From: a virus
Lineage: Duplodnaviria; Caudoviricetes
Virus record (IMG/VR): IMGVR_UViG_2974670102_000001
Coordinates: 64,001 to 128,000 of that record
Length of the DNA: 64,000 nt
Strand: one strand, 5' to 3'
The notes under the pieces are model-generated. The model saw only the letters and a program-made list of their open reading frames with translations, had not been told where the DNA came from and did not search any database. A program made the translations under genes and the position numbers. Below, piece after piece: positions 8,674-17,862 of the stretch (its first letter is position 1; each line of letters starts with the position of its first letter).

Positions 8674-8709
8674 CGTCAACCGGCCCCACCATGGTGGGGC
8701 CGGTTGACG
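8674..8709. repeat. perfect 36-bp palindrome
   Basis: CGTCAACCGGCCCCACCA|TGGTGGGGCCGGTTGACG. Confidence 0.95.
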
Positions 8710-8792
8710 CGATTTTGACACTTATTACAGCAAACATGTGGGAAAAACAGATTCCCAATTTTATTTTACACTAAACCTCCATGGAGAAAGTT

Positions 8793-9698
8793 ATGGGAAC
8801 GTCAAAATGGGACGCCGCTTCTATAGCGGCCGAAGCAAAGCACTACACACAACCGACAGAATTCCGTCGAGGGTCCCATGGCGCGTACGTAGCGGCTCAG
8901 CGCCTAGGGATACTGGACGAGGTGTGCAAACACATGACGTTCAGACGCAAGCTCACGAAGGAGCACGTACTGAATGTCGCGCGTTCATACAAAACCCGCG
9001 TGGACTTTGCGCGCGGTGCAGAATCGGAATACGGGACCGCTCGAAAGAACGGATACCTAGATGAAGCGTGTGCACACATGCAACGAAAACTCAAGTGGAC
9101 CGAATCCAGTGTAGCAGCAGAGGCCGCAAAGTACACGAAGCGCTATGACTTTGAACTCGGCAGTCCGAACGCCTACAGCGCAGCCAAACGACTTGGCATC
9201 TATGATCAAGTATGTAGCCATATGGAATACAGCAAGCGGCATAGACTGACGCTCACGGAGATTCGCAAAATAGCAAAAACGTACAAGACGCGCAAGGAAT
9301 TCCAGACCGGTGACACCAGCGCGTATAACTGCGCAATCCGCAACGAGTGGCTTGATTCCGTGTGCGCCCATATGGAACGCGGGGCTACCGGCTTCAACAA
9401 TGACAAGCCCGGCACACTATACCAGATACTTCTCACGACTCCTACGGGCACGCGTCTATGGAAGATAGGCATTACGAACGGTCCCGTCACCAAACGGCTT
9501 GCTTCAATGGGCGTTCCACGGAACGTACACGCCGAAGTTGTGTGCACCGTGCATTTCCAAAACGGCAAGGAAGCACGACAACTAGAAACAAAGCTGCACG
9601 CACGAGGAAAGCGTCGCGGAGTGCACTACCAAGGCGAGCCCATCCTACGCAGCGGCAACACAGAATTGTTCCTGAAGCCGCTGATTAAACTCACGTGA
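8793..9698 (+). CDS. putative homing endonuclease: four ~46-aa tandem repeats plus C-terminal GIY-YIG/T5orf172-like domain
   Basis: Repeats ending AY..A.R.G.LD.VC.HM x4; LYQI...WKIGITN...KRL...ARQLE; opposite strand to neighbours, lower GC. Confidence 0.75.
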   Translation: MGTSKWDAASIAAEAKHYTQPTEFRRGSHGAYVAAQRLGILDEVCKHMTFRRKLTKEHVLNVARSYKTRVDFARGAESEYGTARKNGYLDEACAHMQRKLKWTESSVAAEAAKYTKRYDFELGSPNAYSAAKRLGIYDQVCSHMEYSKRHRLTLTEIRKIAKTYKTRKEFQTGDTSAYNCAIRNEWLDSVCAHMERGATGFNNDKPGTLYQILLTTPTGTRLWKIGITNGPVTKRLASMGVPRNVHAEVVCTVHFQNGKEARQLETKLHARGKRRGVHYQGEPILRSGNTELFLKPLIKLT

Positions 9699-10290
9699 GG
9701 TTGTGGTGATAGGTAACCTCGTTGTTGCCGATCAATTCCTTGATCTCACGGAAGGAGAACGGACGATACTCACCCAGCACCTTGATGGAATTGTCCCAAC
9801 CAATGTCAAAGATGCGGCGTTTGCTTAGCTCGGCCATCGATTCACCGTAACCGCTACCGTGCAGATGACCATGCAGCATCCACGATCCATGCTTCGCTTT
9901 ATTCCAAGCAAGTTCGGGGTGGTGGTTGAGCACAATGTTCACGCCGTCGTGCTTGATGTACAGGCGATGCTCGTGCACTTCCTTGAACAAACCGGACGAT
10001 TTGTAGAAATCGACCAAACGGTCGTCGTGATTGCCACAGATCAGGAATTTGTTCGGTGTTTCGATCCGTTCGATCAAAGCTGCTGCTTCCCACTTGGAAC
10101 CGAACGCAATGTCGCCACCGAAGTAGATGACGCCACGCGGACCTACCGTCTCGTTGATACGGGACACGATCCACTGGTTGTGGCTGGGCATGTCGCTGAA
10201 CAGGATACCGCGACGCGTGTACTGTAGGATCGCGTTGTGGTTGAAATGCAGGTCTGCCGTGAACCACGGCCCGTTGTCTTTTTGTGTCAT
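9691..10290 (-). CDS. calcineurin-like metallophosphoesterase
   Basis: DLHFNH, GD, GNHD, HHP, HGHLH motifs. Confidence 0.9.
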   Translation of the reverse strand: MTQKDNGPWFTADLHFNHNAILQYTRRGILFSDMPSHNQWIVSRINETVGPRGVIYFGGDIAFGSKWEAAALIERIETPNKFLICGNHDDRLVDFYKSSGLFKEVHEHRLYIKHDGVNIVLNHHPELAWNKAKHGSWMLHGHLHGSGYGESMAELSKRRIFDIGWDNSIKVLGEYRPFSFREIKELIGNNEVTYHHNLT

Positions 10291-10326
10291 GTTGCCTCCT
10301 TATTCAAGGTATTGCAGTTTAATCAG

Positions 10327-10755
10327 TCACACGCGCTCGCGCAATCCTTTCTCCCAATTGCACGGGCCGCACATGGTCGTCATGTTATGTTGCGCATCGG
10401 CCCCGCCATTAGCACGACTCACCGTGTGATCGTGCGTGAAGATCACTTCTTCACCGTCACGAAAGCCCCACATGTTCATGTGGAACGGACCATCCGAGCC
10501 TTTCTTGGTGGCCGTGCGCTCAACCGCGAAATGGGTGGCTTCCAGACCGCATGACGAGCACGTGGTGCCATGGTTGGCGAAGCAGCGCAGACGCTTGCTG
10601 GTCGTGTGGACCTCCAGACCGGGGGCGACTTCAGTGCGGCGCTCTTTCTCCCGCAACTTCATGTCAGCGACGATGGCGCGGAGGCCGGTGCCCAGTTCGA
10701 GAGTGGCGATACGTTCGTAGTTGCCGCAGCGATTGCTGATTTTCGAGATTTGCAT
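10327..10755 (-). CDS. HNH endonuclease (Zn-binding)
   Basis: CSSC...DHTVSRANGG...NMTTMCGPCN; ATG at 10755 after GGAGG. Confidence 0.85.
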   Translation of the reverse strand: MQISKISNRCGNYERIATLELGTGLRAIVADMKLREKERRTEVAPGLEVHTTSKRLRCFANHGTTCSSCGLEATHFAVERTATKKGSDGPFHMNMWGFRDGEEVIFTHDHTVSRANGGADAQHNMTTMCGPCNWEKGLRERV

Positions 10756-10784
10756 TTTGGGCCTCCATAAATTCGATGACCCAA

Positions 10785-10822
10785 AGTATAAAGGGGCTGA
10801 CAGTTTCCCGTCAACCCCTTTC
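10785..10822 (-). terminator. terminator hairpin overlapping a sigma70-like promoter
   Basis: AAAGGGGTTGAC...GTCAGCCCCTTT contains TTGACG-18-TATACT. Confidence 0.55.
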
Positions 10823-10825
10823 ACA

Positions 10826-11191
10826 TCACAGGTACGCGATCCGGATTCGGAGCACGAGGCGAACCGCCAAGTCGAAGATCACGGTCGCTGCCGCGATCTC
10901 GGGGTGGCTCCCGAACTGTACCAGTGTCGCGACGGCAACGGCCTGCGCAATCAACTGGAGAAGCATCCAAGCCTGCTCGTCGCGGCTGTTCTCGTAGCCA
11001 TCAACATCGTGCTTCAGGTTATACGGGAACGTGAAGAACGCGTAGAACAGGGTGAGCGCCGGATAGCCGAACCCCACGATCAGGTACGCGACCTCCACCA
11101 TATGAGCGGCCGGGAGACCGAAGCCCACGACGTAGGCGATGAAGAACGCGAATGCGATGAACGCGGCGCGGAACGTGTCTTTCGTCAGCAT
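10826..11191 (-). CDS. membrane protein
   Basis: Hydrophobic helices, AAGGAG RBS. Confidence 0.75.
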   Translation of the reverse strand: MLTKDTFRAAFIAFAFFIAYVVGFGLPAAHMVEVAYLIVGFGYPALTLFYAFFTFPYNLKHDVDGYENSRDEQAWMLLQLIAQAVAVATLVQFGSHPEIAAATVIFDLAVRLVLRIRIAYL

Positions 11192-11193
11192 AG

Positions 11194-11664
11194 TTACTCC
11201 TTGGTCGGGACAGCAGCCAGCGCAGTGCGCACCAGCGCGCTTGCCTGACGGCCATCGAACTTGCCGGTGTGGTTCGTGTTCAGAAACCCCATCAGCGAGC
11301 CGATATCGGCCCTGACGCCGGAATCCAGCGCGCCCTTGATCGCGGTCACGATTTCCGTCTGGCTCATCTGTGCCGGGGCGTAGCGTTCGAGGACGATGCG
11401 CTCCTGAGCCAGTGTCGTGAGTTGGGCTGCACGCTCTGCGGTCAGGCCGTGCAGGTCGGCACCGATGGCTTCGCTCGTTTCCTTGTTGCGGTCCATGAAC
11501 TTCTTGACCAGCGCTACGGTCTCGGCGTCCGTTGTCTGCTCACGCTGCTTGTTCTTGGCGATGGTACTGGCTTCGCCCAGCAGCGTGGTCAGCAGCGTCG
11601 CTTCCACCGTGTTCTTGGCCTTGCGAGCCGCCACTTGGTCCTGCTTGATTTGTTCGATGAGCAT
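11194..11664 (-). CDS. GatB/YqeY domain protein
   Basis: L.EQIK.DQ.AARKAK, LTTLLGE, E..VLE.Y.P.QMS, IG.LMG, G.FDG. Confidence 0.85.
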   Translation of the reverse strand: MLIEQIKQDQVAARKAKNTVEATLLTTLLGEASTIAKNKQREQTTDAETVALVKKFMDRNKETSEAIGADLHGLTAERAAQLTTLAQERIVLERYAPAQMSQTEIVTAIKGALDSGVRADIGSLMGFLNTNHTGKFDGRQASALVRTALAAVPTKE

Positions 11665-11674
11665 GTTTTCTCCT

Positions 11675-12901
11675 TTATCCCTTGATACACATGACTTGCT
11701 TGAGGGTGGCCACAACGTCGACCAGTTCCGACTGCGCTTCCATCACCGTGTCGATGTCCTTGTAGGCACCCGGGATTTCGTCCAGAACACCGCCGTCCTT
11801 ACGGCACTCGACGCCCTTGGTTTGTTCCGCGAGGTCTTGCTCCGTGAACACCTTCTTGGCCTTCGTGCGGCTGAACTTGCGGCCTGCGCCGTGCGAACAC
11901 GAACAGTAGGCCGCCGTATGGCCCTTGCCACACACGATGAACGACTTCGCGCCCATCGAGCCCGGGATGATCCCGAGTTGGCCCTTCTGCGCCGACACCG
12001 CGCCCTTACGCGTCACCAGCATCGAACGGCCATCGTGCACTTCTTGCGACAGGTAATTGTGGTGGCAGTTGATCGCCTGATCGACGAGCGTGAACGCCGG
12101 GAGCTTGCGGCGCAGTGCACGCAACGTCAACAGCAGCATGAAGTCGCGGTTGAGTCGTGCGTATTCCTGCGCCCACGACATGCCTTCCACGTACTCGTCG
12201 AACTCGGGCGTCCCGGCCTCGAACCACGCGAGGTCCTTGTCGGCCAGTTGCATACCCTTGATCGATGCGTTGCGGGCAGCGAGTTCCGTCGAGATTTTCC
12301 CGATGATGTTGCCGATCCCGCGCGACCCCGAGTGCAGCATCACCCACACGTTCTGCTCGGTGTCGACGCACAGTTCGATGAAGTGGTTGCCGTTGCCGAG
12401 CGTGCCCATCTGCTTCGGAAGCTTGGCCTCGTCGAACTTGCTGCCGATGCGCTGACGCACCTTCAGGCCGTCGAATCGCGCGAACAGGACGTCGCGTGCT
12501 GCTTCCAGCGCACGACCCTCGTTCCCTTCGTGGAAGAAGCGGACTTCGCGCTTGTGCGTGTCGAAGCCGACCGGAACATCGCGCTCGATTTGAAGGCGCA
12601 CGTCCCGGAGCGAGTCCGGAAGTTGGTGAGCCTTGAGCGAGGTCTTGACCGCACACATGCCGCAGCCGATGTCGACGCCTACCGCAGCCGGGATCACAGC
12701 CGCGTTCAGCGGTATCACGGAGCCAACCGTGGCACCGAGGCCAAAGTGCACGTCGGGCATGACGGCCATCGGACCTGCCAAGATCGGCAGGTTCGTGATG
12801 TTTTGAATCTGCTTCAGCGCTTCCTGCTCGACTTCCATTTCACCGGTCCAGAAGCGGGCCTTGCCGCCCATCATTTGACCGTACAGTTCGTTCTGTTGCA
12901 T
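11675..12901 (-). CDS. rtcB: RtcB RNA ligase (3'-phosphate/5'-OH)
   Basis: MPDVH, VGVDIGCGM, GTLGNGNHFIE, HSGSRG, HHNY, RKGA, IPGSMG, SHGAGR, DEIPGAYK. Confidence 0.96.
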   Translation of the reverse strand: MQQNELYGQMMGGKARFWTGEMEVEQEALKQIQNITNLPILAGPMAVMPDVHFGLGATVGSVIPLNAAVIPAAVGVDIGCGMCAVKTSLKAHQLPDSLRDVRLQIERDVPVGFDTHKREVRFFHEGNEGRALEAARDVLFARFDGLKVRQRIGSKFDEAKLPKQMGTLGNGNHFIELCVDTEQNVWVMLHSGSRGIGNIIGKISTELAARNASIKGMQLADKDLAWFEAGTPEFDEYVEGMSWAQEYARLNRDFMLLLTLRALRRKLPAFTLVDQAINCHHNYLSQEVHDGRSMLVTRKGAVSAQKGQLGIIPGSMGAKSFIVCGKGHTAAYCSCSHGAGRKFSRTKAKKVFTEQDLAEQTKGVECRKDGGVLDEIPGAYKDIDTVMEAQSELVDVVATLKQVMCIKG

Positions 12902-12911
12902 ACCTTCCTCC

Positions 12912-13373
12912 TTACGAGTCTTGTTCGAGTGCGCCCGAATACGCGTTCCGGACACCGATGCAGCGTGCGATGGCCGCCATGTCGTTGTTCCAGTACTTCC
13001 CGTGGTCGATCATGTCGATCATGGGGTTCGTGGACCAGAAGATGCCCGCGCATTTGTGCGGCTCGCGGTTGACCGGGGCCTCACGGTCGATGACTGCTGC
13101 GTAGTACATCATGATCAGCTTGTCGCCAGACACATGCGTGTCCGACGCGAAGTGCATGGCCATCGGGTCGGTCTCGCGCAATTCGACGCCAACCTCTTCA
13201 CGCATTTCGCGGATGATCGCGGCTTTCGGGTCTTCGCCTTCTTCGATAACGCCACCGGGCAGCACAAAGAAGTCGGAGCCCGGGTCCTTGATGCGGCGCT
13301 GGAGCAGTACGTCGCCTGTTCCCTTGTCGATCAGGACGCAGGCGACGCCCGCGATGTGCTTCGGAATGGTCAT
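12912..13373 (-). CDS. Nudix hydrolase (MutT-like)
   Basis: Nudix box GGVIEEGEDPKAAIIREMREEVG; NREPHKC. Confidence 0.9.
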   Translation of the reverse strand: MTIPKHIAGVACVLIDKGTGDVLLQRRIKDPGSDFFVLPGGVIEEGEDPKAAIIREMREEVGVELRETDPMAMHFASDTHVSGDKLIMMYYAAVIDREAPVNREPHKCAGIFWSTNPMIDMIDHGKYWNNDMAAIARCIGVRNAYSGALEQDS

Positions 13374-13681
13374 GGTTTCTCCTTGAGAGTTCCGGAGAAT
13401 CGCCACGAGAACCGTGCGGCCTCGAAGCGATCCCGAAAGTAAAAGACAGGGCTGAGTCGGTTACCGTCCTTGCCGCGCCCGTGTGCAAAGCACCACGAGT
13501 ACTGCGTGAACCCCGACTGACGAACGAATGATAACGCGTCATCCAGCCATGTGTCAATCACCAAATGCTCGTCGTGGACGCGGGGAAACACAACGGAGTA
13601 CCAGCCGTGAGCATCGACGTAATCGAAGTCGATGGCACGAGGCTCGAACGGATTCCAAGCTTTAGGCGGTGCCATTACCAT
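13370..13681 (-). CDS. hypothetical protein
   Basis: Coupled co-directional ORF. Confidence 0.6.
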   Translation of the reverse strand: MVMAPPKAWNPFEPRAIDFDYVDAHGWYSVVFPRVHDEHLVIDTWLDDALSFVRQSGFTQYSWCFAHGRGKDGNRLSPVFYFRDRFEAARFSWRFSGTLKEKP

Positions 13682-13922
13682 CCCCCTTCAGAACTTGGTG
13701 TGGCAGCACGATCTTGATTCGTGTCTTGTGTGCCTTGGCCATGCATTTCATGATGCCCTGCATGACCTTCTTGCGGAGCGTAGTCTGGGCCACCAGCGTC
13801 GGAGGCTCGGCCTCGGGATGCGTGCGTTCGTATTCGAGCGCCTGTGCCACGATCCGCGAGTCCTCGGTGAACCTCTGCTTTGTCATACGCGTGACGGTTG
13901 CCATGTACATGTGGATAGCCAT
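13662..13922 (-). CDS. hypothetical protein
   Basis: ATG overlaps upstream stop. Confidence 0.55.
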   Translation of the reverse strand: MAIHMYMATVTRMTKQRFTEDSRIVAQALEYERTHPEAEPPTLVAQTTLRKKVMQGIMKCMAKAHKTRIKIVLPHQVLKGDGNGTA

Positions 13923-14182
13923 TATTCGGATACTCCACCGCCGATAAAGCGAACATGGATGTGGTCGCCGGGAAGCCACAGCACGTGGTATCCGGTGGCA
14001 CGCAACGCGGCTTCTACCTCTCCGCGATCTTGCGCAGTGTCTGCGGGTATGACGACATCGACGCTGTTAGCGTAATGCGGGCTGTCATACAGCGCCTTCT
14101 CGATTGCCCGTTCGATGATACGGAGCGACCGGGTGACCGTGCTCGTCTCCATGATCTCGCGTGCCTCTCGTGCATGAATCAT
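13922..14182 (-). CDS. hypothetical protein
   Basis: AGGAGG RBS before MIHARE. Confidence 0.7.
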   Translation of the reverse strand: MIHAREAREIMETSTVTRSLRIIERAIEKALYDSPHYANSVDVVIPADTAQDRGEVEAALRATGYHVLWLPGDHIHVRFIGGGVSE

Positions 14183-14238
14183 TGAACCTCCTAAACAGAA
14201 AGAGCCCGTATGTCGAATAGACTTCGGGCTCTTGTCAA

Positions 14239-14478
14239 TCACTCGCGGTCTTGTTCCCAGACCAGTGCGTCGGCCCGGCCCGTGAACACGAGCCACGCAC
14301 AACGCAGGCGTTCACGCAGGTTGCCGATCAGGCCGTGGTGGAACGGGAGCGAACGCGCGGGGCTCCAGAATACGTAGCCATCGATGCGTCGGATTTCGGC
14401 AGCGACACGCGGTTCCTTGGGGTTCGTGTCTTCCACGTGCAGGTCGTGTCGATAAACGACTACCGGGTGTTGGTTCAT
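14239..14478 (-). CDS. hypothetical protein
   Basis: AAGGAG RBS; followed by terminator-like hairpin 14198-14233. Confidence 0.7.
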   Translation of the reverse strand: MNQHPVVVYRHDLHVEDTNPKEPRVAAEIRRIDGYVFWSPARSLPFHHGLIGNLRERLRCAWLVFTGRADALVWEQDRE

Positions 14479-14495
14479 AAGTCTTCTCCTTCGCT

Positions 14496-15020
14496 TTACG
14501 TGATGCGCACGGGCACCGCTGACGAGTTGTAGTACTCGCGTTCATACGTGTCGGTGCCGCCCCAACCACCGCTCGCTTCGTAGCGCAGCATGATCGGGAG
14601 GCCGACGCGCAGGTAGCCGTAGCCATCGATGTCCTCCGGACGAATCCAGCCGTACTCGTGTTCGTGTTCTGCGTCGATGAAGACGCTGATCCAGTCGTGA
14701 AAGTGTTCGAACACACCTGCTTCGTGGTTGACACCTGCCCGTACGTGGAGCGTGAAGCCGCCCTCAGCGTCTTCCTCGATCCGGGTCTTGGCCCCAGCGT
14801 AGTACTCGCGGGTGCCCTTCGGCGGATGGTCCTCATCGAACCACGCGACGGCTGCGTTATGGAGCACCCACTCACAGCGCTTGTGCTGGAACAACTCGTG
14901 CTCCGGCAGCGCGGCAGGCCGCTCCGCGTTCCCCATCATCCAGTCGATGATAGGACGCACGAGCGGCGCGTCTGCGAACGAGATCGGGATCGTGGCGTAG
15001 CAGATGGTGTAGTGACTCAC
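14496..15020 (-). CDS. hypothetical protein
   Basis: GTGA coupling with upstream gene. Confidence 0.7.
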   Translation of the reverse strand: MSHYTICYATIPISFADAPLVRPIIDWMMGNAERPAALPEHELFQHKRCEWVLHNAAVAWFDEDHPPKGTREYYAGAKTRIEEDAEGGFTLHVRAGVNHEAGVFEHFHDWISVFIDAEHEHEYGWIRPEDIDGYGYLRVGLPIMLRYEASGGWGGTDTYEREYYNSSAVPVRIT

Positions 15021-15325
15021 TTGTTGCACTCCAGAACATTGTCGAAGCGCTCCAGCAGATCGCGAATGTAATCCTTGGACTGAACCAGCGCGTAAATCAC
15101 ACGGCTGTCCGCGACCTCTTCGGTGAAGTCGTTGATGACCGTTGCGCCGTTGATACGGGCCCCGAGCAAGTTGCCGAATGCCAGACGGGCCGAGTTCAGG
15201 TCTTCGAATTCCTTCAGGTCCACGTTCTCTTCGTCACTCGCGAACTGGAGAGCGATCTCGTGGGCACGACAGGCACCTGCGCTGTCGAAGACCTCGTGGT
15301 CATCCGATACATACTGCACTTTCAT
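15017..15325 (-). CDS. hypothetical protein
   Basis: GGAGG RBS before MKVQYV. Confidence 0.7.
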   Translation of the reverse strand: MKVQYVSDDHEVFDSAGACRAHEIALQFASDEENVDLKEFEDLNSARLAFGNLLGARINGATVINDFTEEVADSRVIYALVQSKDYIRDLLERFDNVLECNK

Positions 15326-15531
15326 CGTTTCTTCCTCCGTGTGCCATAGGCACCTGAAAACTGTTGATGGAATGTCTTGCGGCGTATTTCTTCGTCCGCA
15401 GATTGACACGCTGCAATTGAGTAGAGAGATTGCGTCACCGCCTTGTTTACGACGCATGTGTCGATGCCGAGAACACGTCCCAGACCACGAGCCACACCGG
15501 GCCCAGCACCAACCACTACTACCCGCTTCAT
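15322..15531 (-). CDS. hypothetical protein
   Basis: MKRVVVVGAGPG..., ATGA coupled at both ends. Confidence 0.5.
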   Translation of the reverse strand: MKRVVVVGAGPGVARGLGRVLGIDTCVVNKAVTQSLYSIAACQSADEEIRRKTFHQQFSGAYGTRRKKR

Positions 15532-15749
15532 GCCGGGTCCTTCACGTACTTTGGCGATTTCGGATTGCAGAGCGGGCACAGGTCCTGCCCCTCGCTCGCG
15601 TCGGGCCCGATCTTCCAACCATCGCGTCGTGCTGCTGCCTTGCAGCGCGCTACTGTATCTGCATCGAAGTACTCGTGTGGGAAGTAGTTGTACGGATGCT
15701 TGCGTCCCGAATCGCAGTAGAGCGCGATAGACGCGCCGCTCGCCATCAT
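15528..15749 (-). CDS. small Cys-containing protein (possible Zn-binder)
   Basis: YCD...GWKI...DLCPLC. Confidence 0.65.
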   Translation of the reverse strand: MMASGASIALYCDSGRKHPYNYFPHEYFDADTVARCKAAARRDGWKIGPDASEGQDLCPLCNPKSPKYVKDPA

Positions 15750-16207
15750 GATACCACCTTCGACAGCAGCTTGATTGCCCTGTCCAGCTTCGAGCCCTCA
15801 CGGCGACGGCTCGTCATTTCCGTGTGCTGGAGCACGAGGCGCAGTGCGTCGACCTCGACGGTGGTCAAAATCGTGATGGGGTTGCCCGTGGGCTTGGCCT
15901 TCCGGGCGATCTTGGACTTGGAGGAACTGATCCACAGATCGTCTCCATCGTCATCCAGCTTGGCCTGATACTTGATGGCGGCTTCACGAATCTCATCGAG
16001 CGTGAAGTCACTCAGCTTCTTCTTCGCCAAACAGGACTCACGGGTTGCCCACGCGTAGCGCAAACTCACCTTCGACGACTGCTTGTAGTTGATACCCGGG
16101 ATCAGGTACTCGGTGATTCCGCGCCCGATCTGGGGACCCGTCAGCCCTTTCAGTGCAGCGTCGAACGCGTTCATGCGCAGAACTACTTCATCGGTCACAT
16201 GTTCCAT
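15746..16207 (-). CDS. hypothetical protein
   Basis: Coupled ORF. Confidence 0.65.
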   Translation of the reverse strand: MEHVTDEVVLRMNAFDAALKGLTGPQIGRGITEYLIPGINYKQSSKVSLRYAWATRESCLAKKKLSDFTLDEIREAAIKYQAKLDDDGDDLWISSSKSKIARKAKPTGNPITILTTVEVDALRLVLQHTEMTSRRREGSKLDRAIKLLSKVVS

Positions 16208-16541
16208 TTTCCCTTTCCTCCCAGATAGCGCGGGCCAGCGCCAGACGGTTACGGCCCATGTCAGTCAGTCGATACGAGTACACCCACTTCGGGAATCCCA
16301 TGCTGGAGAACCCGTCACCGATACCCGTGGTATGACGCGTAAGGTAACCCATGCTGCGCGCTTTTGCAAGGTCTCGTCCGAGACGCGGGCAGTTGTCGGC
16401 ACCGAAAGGCATCACGTTGAACGGGGCGTCTGTGCGCTCGATGTACCTGTCGACGACATAGCGGTTCAGGACATCGGCCTCACGCTCGTGATCCACCAAG
16501 TCCAGAACCACGTCGATACGATCAGCCAGTGTCATTGCCAT
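16188..16541 (-). CDS. hypothetical protein, possible winged helix
   Basis: C-terminal Y.YRLTDMGR wing-like motif. Confidence 0.6.
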   Translation of the reverse strand: MAMTLADRIDVVLDLVDHEREADVLNRYVVDRYIERTDAPFNVMPFGADNCPRLGRDLAKARSMGYLTRHTTGIGDGFSSMGFPKWVYSYRLTDMGRNRLALARAIWEERENGTCDR

Positions 16542-16696
16542 CGCAGCGCCTCTGCTTCGGTATCGGTGACGGGGATCGCGTCGACCAGATCGTAGGCAAC
16601 TTCTTTCGCCTCCATCACGTCCATGAATTTGGCCAGCGTGCTACCGACCCACGTACGCCGCTTGCCGTTGACTCGGTACACAACTTTCAGTTCCAT
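16532..16696 (-). CDS. 54-aa hypothetical protein (not in ORF track)
   Basis: MELKVVYRVNGKRRTWVGSTLAKFMDV...; fills gap between genes. Confidence 0.55.
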   Translation of the reverse strand: MELKVVYRVNGKRRTWVGSTLAKFMDVMEAKEVAYDLVDAIPVTDTEAEALRWQ

Positions 16697-16708
16697 ACCA
16701 GCAGCCCC

Positions 16709-16924
16709 TTACAGGTGTTGAGCGGCCATGCGGCGCGCGGCCTCACGGATGCTGTTTTCGATGACTACGGCCTTAACCTCGCCTTCGAACTGCTCGTGCG
16801 CTTGCGCATGGATTGTCTTCGCGTTGATGCCGCAGCGCGCGAGATCGAATGCGAAGGCGACGATGCGCACATCGAAGTTGTCGACCTTGGTGTTGGCAAT
16901 GCTATGCAGCGAGGAAGAGGTCAT
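16709..16924 (-). CDS. hypothetical protein
   Basis: AAGGAG RBS before MTSSSL. Confidence 0.6.
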   Translation of the reverse strand: MTSSSLHSIANTKVDNFDVRIVAFAFDLARCGINAKTIHAQAHEQFEGEVKAVVIENSIREAARRMAAQHL

Positions 16925-17132
16925 ACTTGGTCTCCTTTTCAAGAACCCTGTAACCGTTGACAAAATAGTGGGTGGGCGTTCGCGCACCCTTGATCTGGAC
17001 GATGACACGCACCGACTCGTGCGAACGTGGGCGGTACTCCAGCAAGTGGGCTTCGCGACCGTCGCGGGTCACGATGCGCGCACCAGTCGAAGCCGCGTCC
17101 ACGTCAAAAGGCAAAAGCCGAATCGTCATCAC
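16902..17132 (-). CDS. hypothetical early protein
   Basis: GGAGG RBS; promoter TTGCAC-17-TACACT at 17156-17184. Confidence 0.7.
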   Translation of the reverse strand: MMTIRLLPFDVDAASTGARIVTRDGREAHLLEYRPRSHESVRVIVQIKGARTPTHYFVNGYRVLEKETKYDLFLAA

Positions 17133-17185
17133 CGACCTCCATAACGAGAGAAGACAGTGTACAACGATTCGGCTTCGGGTGCAAC

Positions 17186-17452
17186 TTATTCGTAGAAGAT
17201 CACGATGTCGACCACATCACCCTTCCCACTGGAGTGCGCGTAGTACCGGAACTGCGTGCCATCGTAACTCAGGTCCCAGTCGTGCATTCGGTCGTCGATG
17301 AAAACCGTACGATGATGAACCTTGCCCATTTCGTTCAATCCTTGCTCATCGAGCAAAAGACAGATCGAATCGACACGGCCTTTCACACACTTTGGCAACT
17401 CGTACCACTGGAAGCTGTCGTTCTGGACGCCCGTGACGATCACGCACTTCAT
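17186..17452 (-). CDS. hypothetical protein
   Basis: Coupled ORF. Confidence 0.65.
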   Translation of the reverse strand: MKCVIVTGVQNDSFQWYELPKCVKGRVDSICLLLDEQGLNEMGKVHHRTVFIDDRMHDWDLSYDGTQFRYYAHSSGKGDVVDIVIFYE

Positions 17453-17862
17453 TGCTTGCCATGCCTATAGAGGTGGCAGTGCGCTTCGTACGCTTGGCGT
17501 GCGAGCCCGATGGCCGCGTCCAGTTCGCGCGACGCGTGGTCCACGTGCAGCGTCGAAGACAGGACACCCTTGGTCTCGACCGTGAGTTTCGCCTTATACG
17601 TCAGCGTCTTGTCGTCGACCGAGATCACGAGCGCTGCGCCGTTCTTCGTGTCGTCGAACAGGACATACTCACCATCAACCTTGTCCTTGTAGACACTATC
17701 GGCAACGACACCGCCGATGGTCGAGTACAGGACAGTCATGCCCTTCTGGATCAGGGCCTCGCGCCACGCGGTGTGGAACGCGCGCAACTCGCTGTTCATT
17801 TCGGTAACACGTTCGCGTGCCTTCTTGCGGATGCTGTCGAGAACGGGGGTGTCGATACGCAT
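17449..17862 (-). CDS. hypothetical protein
   Basis: AAGGAG RBS, coupled. Confidence 0.7.
   Translation of the reverse strand: MRIDTPVLDSIRKKARERVTEMNSELRAFHTAWREALIQKGMTVLYSTIGGVVADSVYKDKVDGEYVLFDDTKNGAALVISVDDKTLTYKAKLTVETKGVLSSTLHVDHASRELDAAIGLARQAYEAHCHLYRHGKQ

Noticed and set aside
11417-13072. 551-aa plus-strand ORF
   Set aside because: Antisense to rtcB and neighbours, which carry clear motifs.
15322-15531. Rossmann GxGxxG (VVVGAGPG) oxidoreductase
   Set aside because: Only 69 aa; the rest of the fold is absent.
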